Positions 1-8,992 of a DNA stretch of 64,000 bases are shown here, piece by piece. The DNA comes from Bacteroidales bacterium (lineage in GTDB: Bacteria > Bacteroidota > Bacteroidia > Bacteroidales > P3), in the NCBI GenBank assembly GCA_017454015.1, contig JAFTDW010000006.1, positions 8,452 to 72,451 of the forward strand, read 5' to 3'. A program made the translations under genes and the position numbers. The first letter of the stretch is position 1. Each line of letters opens with the position of its first letter. A model generated the notes under the pieces. It was not told the origin of the DNA and made no database searches. It saw only the letters and a program-made list of their open reading frames with translations.

Positions 1-228
1 GTGGAGCAGGCTACGGTGTATATCTACAGCGCGATGGGGCAGCTGGTGCGTACCCTCGCAGTGAGTCCCGACAAAGGCGGCTATGTGGCAGGACCTCTGG
101 CGTGGGATTTGCGTAGCGAGGCAGGCGCTGCGGTGGCTCCGGGCTTGTACCTTGCCCGCGCGGTAATAAGACATTCCAACGGAAGAGAACACACAGCAAC
201 TACAAAAATAGTTGTCCGTTTCCAATAA
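1..228 (+). CDS. 3' end of a secreted protein ending in a T9SS (Por) C-terminal sorting domain; the 5' part lies outside the window
   Basis: The ORF is open to the window edge. The last ~70 aa (VYIYSAMGQLVRTL...GLYLARAVIRH...TKIVVRFQ) follow the same pattern as the C-termini of four other proteins in this window. Confidence 0.6.
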   Translation: MEQATVYIYSAMGQLVRTLAVSPDKGGYVAGPLAWDLRSEAGAAVAPGLYLARAVIRHSNGREHTATTKIVVRFQ

Positions 229-334
229 TTCGGGCTTAACGTTAATTACCATTGATTAATCATTAAATATCAGCCTCTTGATTGACAGTCATAACGGGAA
301 GTCAGCGAAAAATAATGTTTATTAGAGGTTACAA

Positions 335-3300
335 ATGGTAGTCGTAATAGGTAGCGGACTCGGAGGATTGGCTACGGCAGCCATCCTCGCCCGTCAGGGT
401 ATGCATGTGACCGTGGTGGAGCAGGCTCAACGTATAGGTGGTTGTCTGCAATGTTTTACTCGCGACGGCATGTGCTTCGACACGGGTATGCACATAGTAG
501 GCAGCGCCGACACAGGGCAGGTGCTCGACGGCTACCTCCGCTATCTCGGCATACGCGAAAACTTACAACTCTCGCGGCTCGACACACAGGCCTACGACAT
601 AGTGTCCCTCGACGGTGCCTGCTATCGTTTTGCCAACGGCCACGAGGCAGCCACCGAGGCTTTGCTGCGCCATTTCCCATCGAGTGCCGCAGCTCTCCAA
701 CGCTACTGGGATGCTGTTGACAGTGTGACGAGTGCCGCGCCGCGTTATGATGCAAAGGGGCTCGTCGATGGTGGCTGCATCCCGCCGGACCTGGCTTGGG
801 CGGCTGCGAGCGATGTGCTCAGCGCCATTGCCGGCGATGAACGTCTGGCCAATGCACTGGCAGGTAATATAGCCCTCTATGCCGCCTGTCGCGGCACAAC
901 GCCGTTTGCCACACATGCTTTTGTGTCGCAGCTATATAATCAGAGCGCATTCCGCATAGTGGGAGGGGGAGAGGCTCTTGCCGGCGCACTTTCGCGGCAG
1001 ATAGAGGCGTGTGGAGGCACTATAGTCAAAGGCTGTCGTGCCACCCGTGTGGTATGCGACGGAGGCAAGGCGACAGCTGTGGAATGTGTCAAAGACGGCC
1101 AGCCGGTTACTTTTGAGGCCGACACAGTGGTGGGCGACATGCACCCGGCGCTGTTGCGTGGCCTCTTCGACCAAGGTCTGCTCAAACCCTCTTACCTCAC
1201 CCGCATTGAGGGTTTGCGCAACACCACGTCGGTCTTTGCGCTCTTTCTAAGATTTAAGCCCAACACGGTGCCTTATCTCAACTCCAACTACCATGCCTTC
1301 CGCCAGCCTACGGTGTGGGGTATGGAGCACTACTCTCAAACCTCATGGCCGCTCGGATACCTCTATATGCACCATGCCCACGAGCTCTATCCGCGCTATG
1401 CATCGACAGGTGTCGTTCTGGCCTATATGAACTGGGACGAAGTGCTACGTTGGTCCAATACTACCGTAGGGCATCGTGGCACCGACTATGAGGAGTGGAA
1501 AGAGCAGAAAGCCCGGCAGCTCCTCGATGCAGTGACACAGGATTTCCCAGATTTGCAAAGCTCCATAGCCGCATATTATACAGCCACCCCCTTGACTTAC
1601 CGCGACTATACCCTGACACCGCAGGGCTCCATGTATGGCATAGCCAAGGATATACGCCAGGGCATGGCGGGGCGGGTCTCGTTCCGTACCAAGATACCCA
1701 ATTTCTTGCTGACAGGCCAGAACATCACGGCCCACGGCATCATGGGGGTGTTGATAGGCGCATTCAATGTGTGTAACAATATTTTGTCCATGCCGCAGAC
1801 TGCGATCACAAATAGAAACAAAAAAATGGAAAGCGAGCCCCCCACCCCCCTTAACACCCTTCCCCCCGATGTGGTTATCATGGGCGGAGGCTTGGGCGGT
1901 CTGCTCTGCGGTGCCTTGCTTTCCAAAGAGAAAAAACGTGTGGTGGTGCTCGAAGCCGGTGCCACGGCAGGTGGCGGTCTTGCCACTTTCCGCCGCGGCA
2001 ATGTGGCATTCCCCACCGGTATGCATGTGTTTGGCGGTTTTGGTGACAATTCTCCGCTTAGCTATCAAACTGCCACTGGCAGTTATTCACTTCGCCCTTT
2101 GATGCGCTACCTCGGCGTAGAATCCGAGGTGCTAAGTCTTCTCGAACCCACCAACGACAGTTGCGGCGACCAGATTGTCGACATCGCCACGGGAAACACC
2201 CTTGATCTCCCCCATGGGCGCAAGGCTTTTGTCGACTACCTCTCCGCGCGGTATCCAGACAGCAAAGACGACATCGCCGCCTATGTCGATGCAATCTACC
2301 GCCTCGCCGCCGAGGAAACCAACCTCTTCATGTCCGACGGGCAAACGTTCACGGTCAGCGAGCAGTTCCTTTGGCCTCTCGACAAATTCATGAGGCATTA
2401 TGTAAAAGACGCGGACCTGCATCGCCTGCTCACATATATTTCGCCCCTATATGCCGGCGTAGGCAGCTGCACACCGGCATATATCCATGCCATCGTGGCC
2501 ACACTCCACATTGAGGGCACCTACCTTTTCAAGCAACCCTCCAGCCATTTGGCCGACTTGCTCTCGGGTATCATCACCGAGGCGGGCGGCAGTGTGCGCA
2601 CCGGCGACGCCGTCACCAATTTCTCGGTACACAGCCACAACATTGTCAGTGTGCGCACAGCCAGCGGCATGCAGTATGAGGCGGCGTGCTATGTCAGCGA
2701 CTTGCCCACCAACGTGTTGCTCCGTGTGGCGCCCGCCAATGCTTTTACCCGCAGTTTCGTGTCGCGGCTGCGCGAAGCGCCGGTTACCTATTCGGCTTTT
2801 AAAATCTTTGTGACATTAAAGCCCGGCATTTTCCGCCATTTGGATCACCCTGTGTACTTTGTAGGCGACCAGCCGTCCGGAGCGGTGCCGCAGTCGCTGA
2901 TGCTCACTACGATACCAGCCACTGCCAACGGTTCTTCCGCATCGGCACTTACCGCCATAGCCCCTATGTCGTGGCAGGCGGTGGAGCGGTGGGCCGACAC
3001 CTCGCACCATAACCGCCCCGACGACTATAAAGCATGGAAAAAAGCCTGTTGTGACAGGCTTCTCGACATTATTGCCACCGCGTTCCCCGGCTTCCGTGAC
3101 AGTGTCGCCGCCGTCGAGTGTGCCACGCCCCTCACGCTGCGCGACTGGACGGGCAACGCCTGCGGCAACCTCTATGGTCTGCTGCGCGACGCAAACAACA
3201 TCCTAGCCTCGCAACTGTCGCCGCGCACCAAGCTCAGCAACCTCTTCCTTACTGGCCAGGATGTGAATATCCATGGCATGGTGGGTGTGGCCATGACAGC

Positions 3301-3373
3301 CATGCTAACGGTCGAAGCCCTGCTTGGCACTTCCGAGCTCCACAAAAAAATACTCACTTTCGCGCGCGAATAA
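335..3373 (+). CDS. Fused tandem FAD/NAD(P)-dependent oxidoreductase (two phytoene-desaturase/CrtI-like modules in one 1012-aa ORF)
   Basis: There are two GxGxxG N-termini (VVVIGSGLGGLATA, and VVIMGGGLGGLLCG from about nt 1872). Each half ends with a CrtI-family-like motif (LLTGQNITAHGIMGV; FLTGQDVNIHGMVGV). No stop codon lies between the halves. Confidence 0.75.
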   Translation: MVVVIGSGLGGLATAAILARQGMHVTVVEQAQRIGGCLQCFTRDGMCFDTGMHIVGSADTGQVLDGYLRYLGIRENLQLSRLDTQAYDIVSLDGACYRFANGHEAATEALLRHFPSSAAALQRYWDAVDSVTSAAPRYDAKGLVDGGCIPPDLAWAAASDVLSAIAGDERLANALAGNIALYAACRGTTPFATHAFVSQLYNQSAFRIVGGGEALAGALSRQIEACGGTIVKGCRATRVVCDGGKATAVECVKDGQPVTFEADTVVGDMHPALLRGLFDQGLLKPSYLTRIEGLRNTTSVFALFLRFKPNTVPYLNSNYHAFRQPTVWGMEHYSQTSWPLGYLYMHHAHELYPRYASTGVVLAYMNWDEVLRWSNTTVGHRGTDYEEWKEQKARQLLDAVTQDFPDLQSSIAAYYTATPLTYRDYTLTPQGSMYGIAKDIRQGMAGRVSFRTKIPNFLLTGQNITAHGIMGVLIGAFNVCNNILSMPQTAITNRNKKMESEPPTPLNTLPPDVVIMGGGLGGLLCGALLSKEKKRVVVLEAGATAGGGLATFRRGNVAFPTGMHVFGGFGDNSPLSYQTATGSYSLRPLMRYLGVESEVLSLLEPTNDSCGDQIVDIATGNTLDLPHGRKAFVDYLSARYPDSKDDIAAYVDAIYRLAAEETNLFMSDGQTFTVSEQFLWPLDKFMRHYVKDADLHRLLTYISPLYAGVGSCTPAYIHAIVATLHIEGTYLFKQPSSHLADLLSGIITEAGGSVRTGDAVTNFSVHSHNIVSVRTASGMQYEAACYVSDLPTNVLLRVAPANAFTRSFVSRLREAPVTYSAFKIFVTLKPGIFRHLDHPVYFVGDQPSGAVPQSLMLTTIPATANGSSASALTAIAPMSWQAVERWADTSHHNRPDDYKAWKKACCDRLLDIIATAFPGFRDSVAAVECATPLTLRDWTGNACGNLYGLLRDANNILASQLSPRTKLSNLFLTGQDVNIHGMVGVAMTAMLTVEALLGTSELHKKILTFARE

Positions 3374-3449
3374 GTAATAAAATACCCCAACAACGCGTTA
3401 TGATAAAAACCATAAAACCTTCCAACCCTCGAACCATCCAACCATCCCA

Positions 3450-4745
3450 ATGGATACTGTAAAAATGAAACTCATCTACCCCCGCTGGCAGAAGCTTAGG
3501 GGGCAGACTACCTTCAATCTTCCCCCTCACGGCCCGGTGGCCTACGCCGCCTCGCTGCCAGAGTACGTTGACATCGACTTCGTTGACGAGAATGTTGAGG
3601 AACTCAATTTCGACGACCCATGCGACGTGGTCTCCATCTCCACCATGCTCTCCACTCAGGTCAAGCGTGCATGGGAGATTGCCGCCGAGTACCGCCGTCG
3701 CGGTATCAAAGTGCTTGCCGGTGGCATCAGTGCCATGCTCCACGCCGAGGAGTATGTCAACCATGTCGACAGCCTCACCCTCGGCGAGAGCGAAGGCCGA
3801 ATGGAGCAGATCATGGACGACTGGCGCAACGACCGCCTCAAGAAAGTCTACAACTACCTCGGCAACCAGCCCGACATCAGCCTTGTGGGTCCCTGTCGCC
3901 GCGACCTCTACAAGCGGCACCTCTACAACCACAAAGGAGTCCAGATGGTCGACCTCTTCCATGCTTCGCGTGGCTGCCGCTTCAGCTGCTACCCCTGCGC
4001 CGTCTCCTACCTCGGCGGCCGCAAGTTCCGCCCTCGTCCTATCGACAAGGTTGTTGAGGACATGGCCTCTATCGACAACAACCGCCTCTTCATCGTCGAC
4101 AACTCACTGGCGCAGGACAAAGAGTGGGAAAAAGAGCTTTTCCGCGCCATAGCCCCGCTCAAGAAGAAGTGGATAAGCCATACCATAGAAGACGACCCCG
4201 AGGTGCTGCGCCTCGCCGCCGAAGCCGGTGCGTGGTATGTCTATCAGGCTGTATACGACACCTCCGACTATATCAAGGAGCGTGTCAAACGCTACCACGA
4301 CAACGGCATTGGCGTGGAAGGCACCATACTGCTCGGCCTCGACAACCAGACTGTCGACGACTGCAAGCGTCTTATCGACTTCCTCGGCGAGATTGACCTC
4401 GACCTTGCCGAGTTCACAGTGATGACCCCGTTCCCACACACCAAAGCCTACGACGACCTGCTGCGTCAGGGGCGCATCTTCGACTTCGACTGGAACCACT
4501 ACAACGCCGGACAGGTGGTCTTCAAACCCGCCCAGATGACGCCCGACGAGCTGCAGGATGTCTACGAGTATGCATGGAAAAGCTTCTACGCCTCCGAAAG
4601 TCAGGAGCAGAAAATGTTCCGTCTCTTCTGCAATGTCGCTCTCCGCGAGATGAACGACGGCACCTACCGTCCGCGAGACCGCTCCCTCGCCAACCAGTCC
4701 TTCGGCCACAAAGTGGACCGCTCCGCCCCTCACACCAACCAATAA
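3450..4745 (+). CDS. B12-binding-domain-type radical SAM protein
   Basis: A CxxxCxxC cluster motif (GCRFSCYPC) sits at nt 3975-3998. The N-terminus has a Rossmann-like B12-binding-type segment (DVVSISTMLST...GIKVLAGGI). Confidence 0.8.
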   Translation: MDTVKMKLIYPRWQKLRGQTTFNLPPHGPVAYAASLPEYVDIDFVDENVEELNFDDPCDVVSISTMLSTQVKRAWEIAAEYRRRGIKVLAGGISAMLHAEEYVNHVDSLTLGESEGRMEQIMDDWRNDRLKKVYNYLGNQPDISLVGPCRRDLYKRHLYNHKGVQMVDLFHASRGCRFSCYPCAVSYLGGRKFRPRPIDKVVEDMASIDNNRLFIVDNSLAQDKEWEKELFRAIAPLKKKWISHTIEDDPEVLRLAAEAGAWYVYQAVYDTSDYIKERVKRYHDNGIGVEGTILLGLDNQTVDDCKRLIDFLGEIDLDLAEFTVMTPFPHTKAYDDLLRQGRIFDFDWNHYNAGQVVFKPAQMTPDELQDVYEYAWKSFYASESQEQKMFRLFCNVALREMNDGTYRPRDRSLANQSFGHKVDRSAPHTNQ

Positions 4746-4885
4746 TTCCCTGAAATAATAATTCTTCCATTTCATCTAACCTATAACTCTCGCAGAAATC
4801 TCAGACGCCGCAGAAAGCTTCAGTTGGTGGTCAGGTCCCCAAGCCATAAAACCCTTAACCCTTTTAACCCTCCAGCCTTTCGATA

Positions 4886-5245
4886 ATGAAAGTTTCAGAA
4901 AAATACTACGACGAGATATTCAATTTCAAAGGTCAGTGGGACATGCCCTCCTCCTGCGGTCTCAAGATACGCACCGTCGGCGGCAAGACCTATGTGATAG
5001 TCACCGAGCTCTATCAAGACAACCCCGGCACTTCGGTCACCTATGCAGGGCAGTCTCTTGCCGAGCAGATATGCCAGTACAAAGGTCTCGACCTTTCCGA
5101 CATAGTCTACCTCGAATGCAACCCCGACACCAACTCCAAACTCTCGTTCTACGACGAGGAGTATTTTGAGGTGGACTTCAATGCCGACCCGCAGCACCGT
5201 TACCGCCAGCTGTCCCCAGAAGAGGTGAAAAACATAATAAACTAA
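4886..5245 (+). CDS. Hypothetical protein (119 aa)
   Basis: Clean ORF in the same direction as its neighbours, preceded by a G-depleted leader tract. No motif recognised. Confidence 0.45.
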   Translation: MKVSEKYYDEIFNFKGQWDMPSSCGLKIRTVGGKTYVIVTELYQDNPGTSVTYAGQSLAEQICQYKGLDLSDIVYLECNPDTNSKLSFYDEEYFEVDFNADPQHRYRQLSPEEVKNIIN

Positions 5246-5290
5246 CCCCCATAAACCCTTCCAACCCTAAAACCCTTTAACCCTCCCCCG

Positions 5291-6109
5291 ATGCCCTCCT
5301 CCAACCTCAAGCCACTGTTGTTATTGCTGCTGCTCTTGTCGGCCTTGTCGCTGAGAGGTCAGCAGGTGGTGCCCCTTGCCGGTACCCCTGCAACCCTTGA
5401 GAGCTACGCTGCGCCGCAGTTGGGATGCGCCGTCATCGTGTGTCCTGGCGGTAGCTACTGCTGGCTCGACTATCAGCATGAGGGGGTCGAAGTGGCACAG
5501 TGGCTCCAGTCCAACGGCATCAGTGCCTATGTGCTGCGCTATCGCGTGGCTGGCTGGTGGGCGTGGGCCACACACTACCGTCTGCTGTTGCGTGGCCACC
5601 GCTACCCCGACCCACTTGTCGATGCACAGGCAGCCGTCTCCTACCTTGCCGACAGCCTGCATTATGCCACCATAGGCATTATGGGTTTTTCTGCGGGAGG
5701 CCATCTGGCGCTGCTCACAGCCATCACCGACAGCCGTCTGGCTTTTGCCGCGCCTATATACCCCGTCGTCTCCATGAGCGCCCCCTGCACCCATAAACGC
5801 TCACGCAGGGCCCTGCTCGGCGAATACCGCCAGTACAGCCAGTCATTGCGCGACAGCCTCTCTCTCGAACGGCGCGTCACCTCGTCGTGTCCGCCGGTGT
5901 TCACCATAGGCTGTAAAGACGACCCCGTGGTGGATTACCATAACTTCATGCTCCTCGACAGTGCTCTCACCGTCCACGGCGTCTCCCATTATTTCAACCT
6001 CTACGAGCGCGGCGGGCACGGCTTCGCCGTGCGCCGCGACAAAGGCTCTCCCCAGTGCCAGCAATGGCCACCCCAGTTCCTGCAATGGCTAAACCGTCTA
6101 CCCAAATAA
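5291..6109 (+). CDS. Secreted alpha/beta hydrolase (esterase/lipase-like)
   Basis: Signal peptide (LLLLLLLLSALSLRGQQ), GxSxG nucleophile elbow (GFSAGGH), and a C-terminal GGHGF typical of the catalytic His region. Confidence 0.7.
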   Translation: MPSSNLKPLLLLLLLLSALSLRGQQVVPLAGTPATLESYAAPQLGCAVIVCPGGSYCWLDYQHEGVEVAQWLQSNGISAYVLRYRVAGWWAWATHYRLLLRGHRYPDPLVDAQAAVSYLADSLHYATIGIMGFSAGGHLALLTAITDSRLAFAAPIYPVVSMSAPCTHKRSRRALLGEYRQYSQSLRDSLSLERRVTSSCPPVFTIGCKDDPVVDYHNFMLLDSALTVHGVSHYFNLYERGGHGFAVRRDKGSPQCQQWPPQFLQWLNRLPK

Positions 6110-6192
6110 TCATATCAGAGTAATCATAATGTAGAATAAAGTTAGAAATAATTTCTGCGGTATCTGCGAGAAAAAACTCAGCCAGCAAATAA

Positions 6193-6367
6193 TTAATGAA
6201 AAATGAATACTAAATTCTTTACCTAATTATTCAGGAATGCCCTGTAAGGGCATAAATCCAACAGCCCAGGGCACCGCCCTGGGTATAAATGGCATCAAAG
6301 TATATGCGCCCTGTAAGGGCAAAATCAATTTTTGGTATAACATTTAGCAATCATTTAATGAAAAATT
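6193..6367. repeat. MITE/REP-like intergenic element, copy A (imperfect terminal inverted repeats plus three internal hairpins)
   Basis: Near-identical to 28805-28976. Ends are AAATGAATACTAAAT and ATTTAGCAATCATTT. Hairpins are gccctgtaagggc (twice) and cccagggcaccgccctggg. Confidence 0.75.
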
Positions 6368-6390
6368 TCACCAACAATTAATGGGAATTA

Positions 6391-7701
6391 ATGTCAGATA
6401 TAATTAAAGATATAGAATTCGCCACCTCGGCCGAGATAAAGACTTACCAGGAGAAGCGCCTCCACGAGGCCCTGGGCTACCTTGCGCAGCATTCGCCCTA
6501 CTACCAGAGGCTTTTCAAGAGCTACCGCATAGATATCAACAAGATAGCAACCCTCGACGACCTTGTGAAGATTCCCTTCACCGAGAAGAAAGACCTCCAA
6601 CTTTTCAACAACGACTTCCTCTGCTGCCCTAAGCACAAGATTGTCGACTATATCACAACCTCCGGCACCCTTGGCGACCCCGTTACCTTTGCCTGCACCG
6701 AGCAGGACCTGCAGCGCCTGGCCTACAACGAGAAGAAGTCGTTTGAGTGTGCGGGCTTGTGCCCGGGCGACATAGTGCAGCTTATGACCACCCTCGACAA
6801 GCGTTTCATGGCCGGCCTCGCCTATTTTCTCGGTCTCCGCGAGATGGGCGCCTCTGTCATTCGCGTGGGCAACGGCATACCCGAGCTGCAGTGGGACACC
6901 ATTCAGCGCATACAGCCCGACACGGTGATGTGTGTGCCGTCGTTCATACTCAAGCTGATACAATATGCCGAGGATCACGGCATCGACTACCACAGCTGCT
7001 CGGTGAAACGTGTCATAGGCATTGGCGAGGGCCTGCGCCAACAGGATTTCTCGCTCAATTTGCTGGGACAGCGCATCCACGACAAGTGGCCCGAAGTGCA
7101 GCTCTTCGCCACCTATTCCTCTACCGAGATGAGCGCCACCTTCAGTGAGTGCACCTATGGCCTTGGCGGCCATGTGCATCCCGAGCTTATCATTGTCGAG
7201 ATAATAGGCGACGACGACTTGCCGGTGCCCGACGGGCAGCCCGGCGAGATAGTGGTTACCACCCTCGGCGTGGAGGGTATGCCGCTGCTGCGTTTCCGCA
7301 CAGGCGACATAGCCGCTAAGTGCGTCGACCCGTGCCCTTGTGGTCGCAACTCCTACCGCCTCACACCGCTCATAGGGCGCAAAAACAACATGATAAAGCT
7401 TAAAGGCACCACGCTCTACCCGCCGGCTATCAACGACGTGCTCGACAACACCGAGTACGTGGAGAACTACGTCATAGAGGTCTCGACCAACGACACCGGT
7501 ACCGACGACGTGCTGCTCAAGATAGGACTCAAGAAGTCGGCACCCGCCGATGCCGTGAAAGAGCTCAAAGACCGCTTCCGCTCGCGCATACGCGTGGCAC
7601 CGCAGATAGCAATATTGCCCGTCGACGACATACGCGCCATTAACTACCCCTCTCAAAGCCGCAAACCAGTGAAATTTATCGACCTCAGAAAACATCGTTA
7701 A
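6391..7701 (+). CDS. Phenylacetate-CoA ligase-like adenylate-forming enzyme (PaaK / F390-synthetase family)
   Basis: AMP-binding motif TSGTLGDP at nt 6658-6681. The length (436 aa) and the YSSTE and RTGD motifs are typical of the family. Confidence 0.8.
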   Translation: MSDIIKDIEFATSAEIKTYQEKRLHEALGYLAQHSPYYQRLFKSYRIDINKIATLDDLVKIPFTEKKDLQLFNNDFLCCPKHKIVDYITTSGTLGDPVTFACTEQDLQRLAYNEKKSFECAGLCPGDIVQLMTTLDKRFMAGLAYFLGLREMGASVIRVGNGIPELQWDTIQRIQPDTVMCVPSFILKLIQYAEDHGIDYHSCSVKRVIGIGEGLRQQDFSLNLLGQRIHDKWPEVQLFATYSSTEMSATFSECTYGLGGHVHPELIIVEIIGDDDLPVPDGQPGEIVVTTLGVEGMPLLRFRTGDIAAKCVDPCPCGRNSYRLTPLIGRKNNMIKLKGTTLYPPAINDVLDNTEYVENYVIEVSTNDTGTDDVLLKIGLKKSAPADAVKELKDRFRSRIRVAPQIAILPVDDIRAINYPSQSRKPVKFIDLRKHR

Positions 7702-7861
7702 ACTGCATTAGTCTTTTTATAACCACCGTCATACATATTTGGTGGTCGCTACGCTGACTCGCAATATATTTATTTATCAATCGGTGCTCGCAGGCTTTGC
7801 CACAAAATCCTTCAAAATCATATTCAAAATCATTTTCCTGAGATTTTATATCATAAATCCC

Positions 7862-8992
7862 GTGCTTCCTTCAAATTTCGACGACATACGCCCCTACAAC
7901 GACGCCGAGCTGCCCGCGGCGCTGGCTCGCATGGTCCGCACGCCTCTTTTTGCGCAGATGGCGGCATTTCTCTATCCCGACCAGAAATCCGAGGCGGTGG
8001 CCAAGAGCCTGATGGCTGTAACCTCCATCGACCAGCTGCAGATGACTCTTATGCGCGACCTTATAGAGCGTATAAAAGCCACAACCATCTCGCAGTTCAC
8101 CTTCTCGGGTCTCGACAATATCAGCACCGCCGAGCCGCACCTCTTTGTCTCCAACCACCGCGATATAGTGCTCGACGCCTTCCTGCTACAGTTCGTGCTG
8201 CGCCTCAACGGCCACGGCACCAACTACATCACCTTCGGCGCCAACCTTATGCAGGACCCCTTTGTCGTCGAGCTTGGCAAGTGCAACAAAATGTTCCGTG
8301 TGGAGCGTGGCGGCACGCGTGCGCAGTTCTACAACTCGTTGGTGCATCTCTCTGAGTTTATCAGGTATGTGCTCACGCAGGAGCGCCAGTCGCTCTGGAC
8401 AGCCCAGCGCAACGGGCGTACCAAGGATGGACGCGACCAGACCGACCCCTCCATACTCAAGATGTTTGCCCGCAGCTCCAAGCTGTCGCCTGCCGAGGCT
8501 CTCGCTCCTCTGAATATAACCCCTGTGGCGGTGAGCTACGAGTGGGAGCCGTGCGACCTGCTCAAGACACGCGAGCGGTGCCTCACCGTGAACGGTGTTT
8601 ATCAGAAAGCCCCGGGCGAGGACCTCGAGAGCATACTGACCGGCATACGCCAGTACAAAGGCCAGGTGCATATAGCCATAGGCAAATCGCTCACCCTCGA
8701 CAATCTCTCTGCGTTGCCCAGTGCTGGCTTCTTCGAGGCTGCCGCCCAGCTGCTCGACAGGCAGATTTATCAGAACTACAAACTCTACCCCAACAACTAC
8801 ATAGCCCACGACTTGCGCAGCGGTTCACAACAATATGCGCCGCACTACAACGCCGACCAGCGAAAAATTTTCCTCAAGCGCCTCGTCAAGGTCAGTGAGT
8901 TGCTGCCTGGCAACTCTGCGGCAACCTGCGCCTTTCTCGACATCTACGCCAACCCTGTTGATTGCTCTCGTGCGCGAAATTCGGTGGGGTAG
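7862..8992 (+). CDS. PlsC-like acyltransferase (glycerolipid/lysophospholipid acyltransferase family)
   Basis: Acyltransferase His box SNHRDIVLD. The tracked ORF starts at 7739, but nt 7739-7861 look like AT-rich non-coding DNA. I place the start at the in-frame GTG at 7862 (start uncertain). Confidence 0.65.
   Translation: MLPSNFDDIRPYNDAELPAALARMVRTPLFAQMAAFLYPDQKSEAVAKSLMAVTSIDQLQMTLMRDLIERIKATTISQFTFSGLDNISTAEPHLFVSNHRDIVLDAFLLQFVLRLNGHGTNYITFGANLMQDPFVVELGKCNKMFRVERGGTRAQFYNSLVHLSEFIRYVLTQERQSLWTAQRNGRTKDGRDQTDPSILKMFARSSKLSPAEALAPLNITPVAVSYEWEPCDLLKTRERCLTVNGVYQKAPGEDLESILTGIRQYKGQVHIAIGKSLTLDNLSALPSAGFFEAAAQLLDRQIYQNYKLYPNNYIAHDLRSGSQQYAPHYNADQRKIFLKRLVKVSELLPGNSAATCAFLDIYANPVDCSRARNSVG

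Noticed and set aside
6394-7695. 433-aa ORF antisense to the PaaK-like ligase gene
   Set aside because: It is an almost exact mirror of a gene with clear motifs. The product is V/A/G/L-rich with no motif, which is the typical open antisense frame of GC-rich coding DNA.
7739-7861. N-terminal extension of the acyltransferase ORF
   Set aside because: This AT-rich segment has repetitive KIIFKIIF-type translation and looks like promoter or leader DNA. The conserved-looking N-terminus (FDDIRPYND) begins right after the GTG at 7862.
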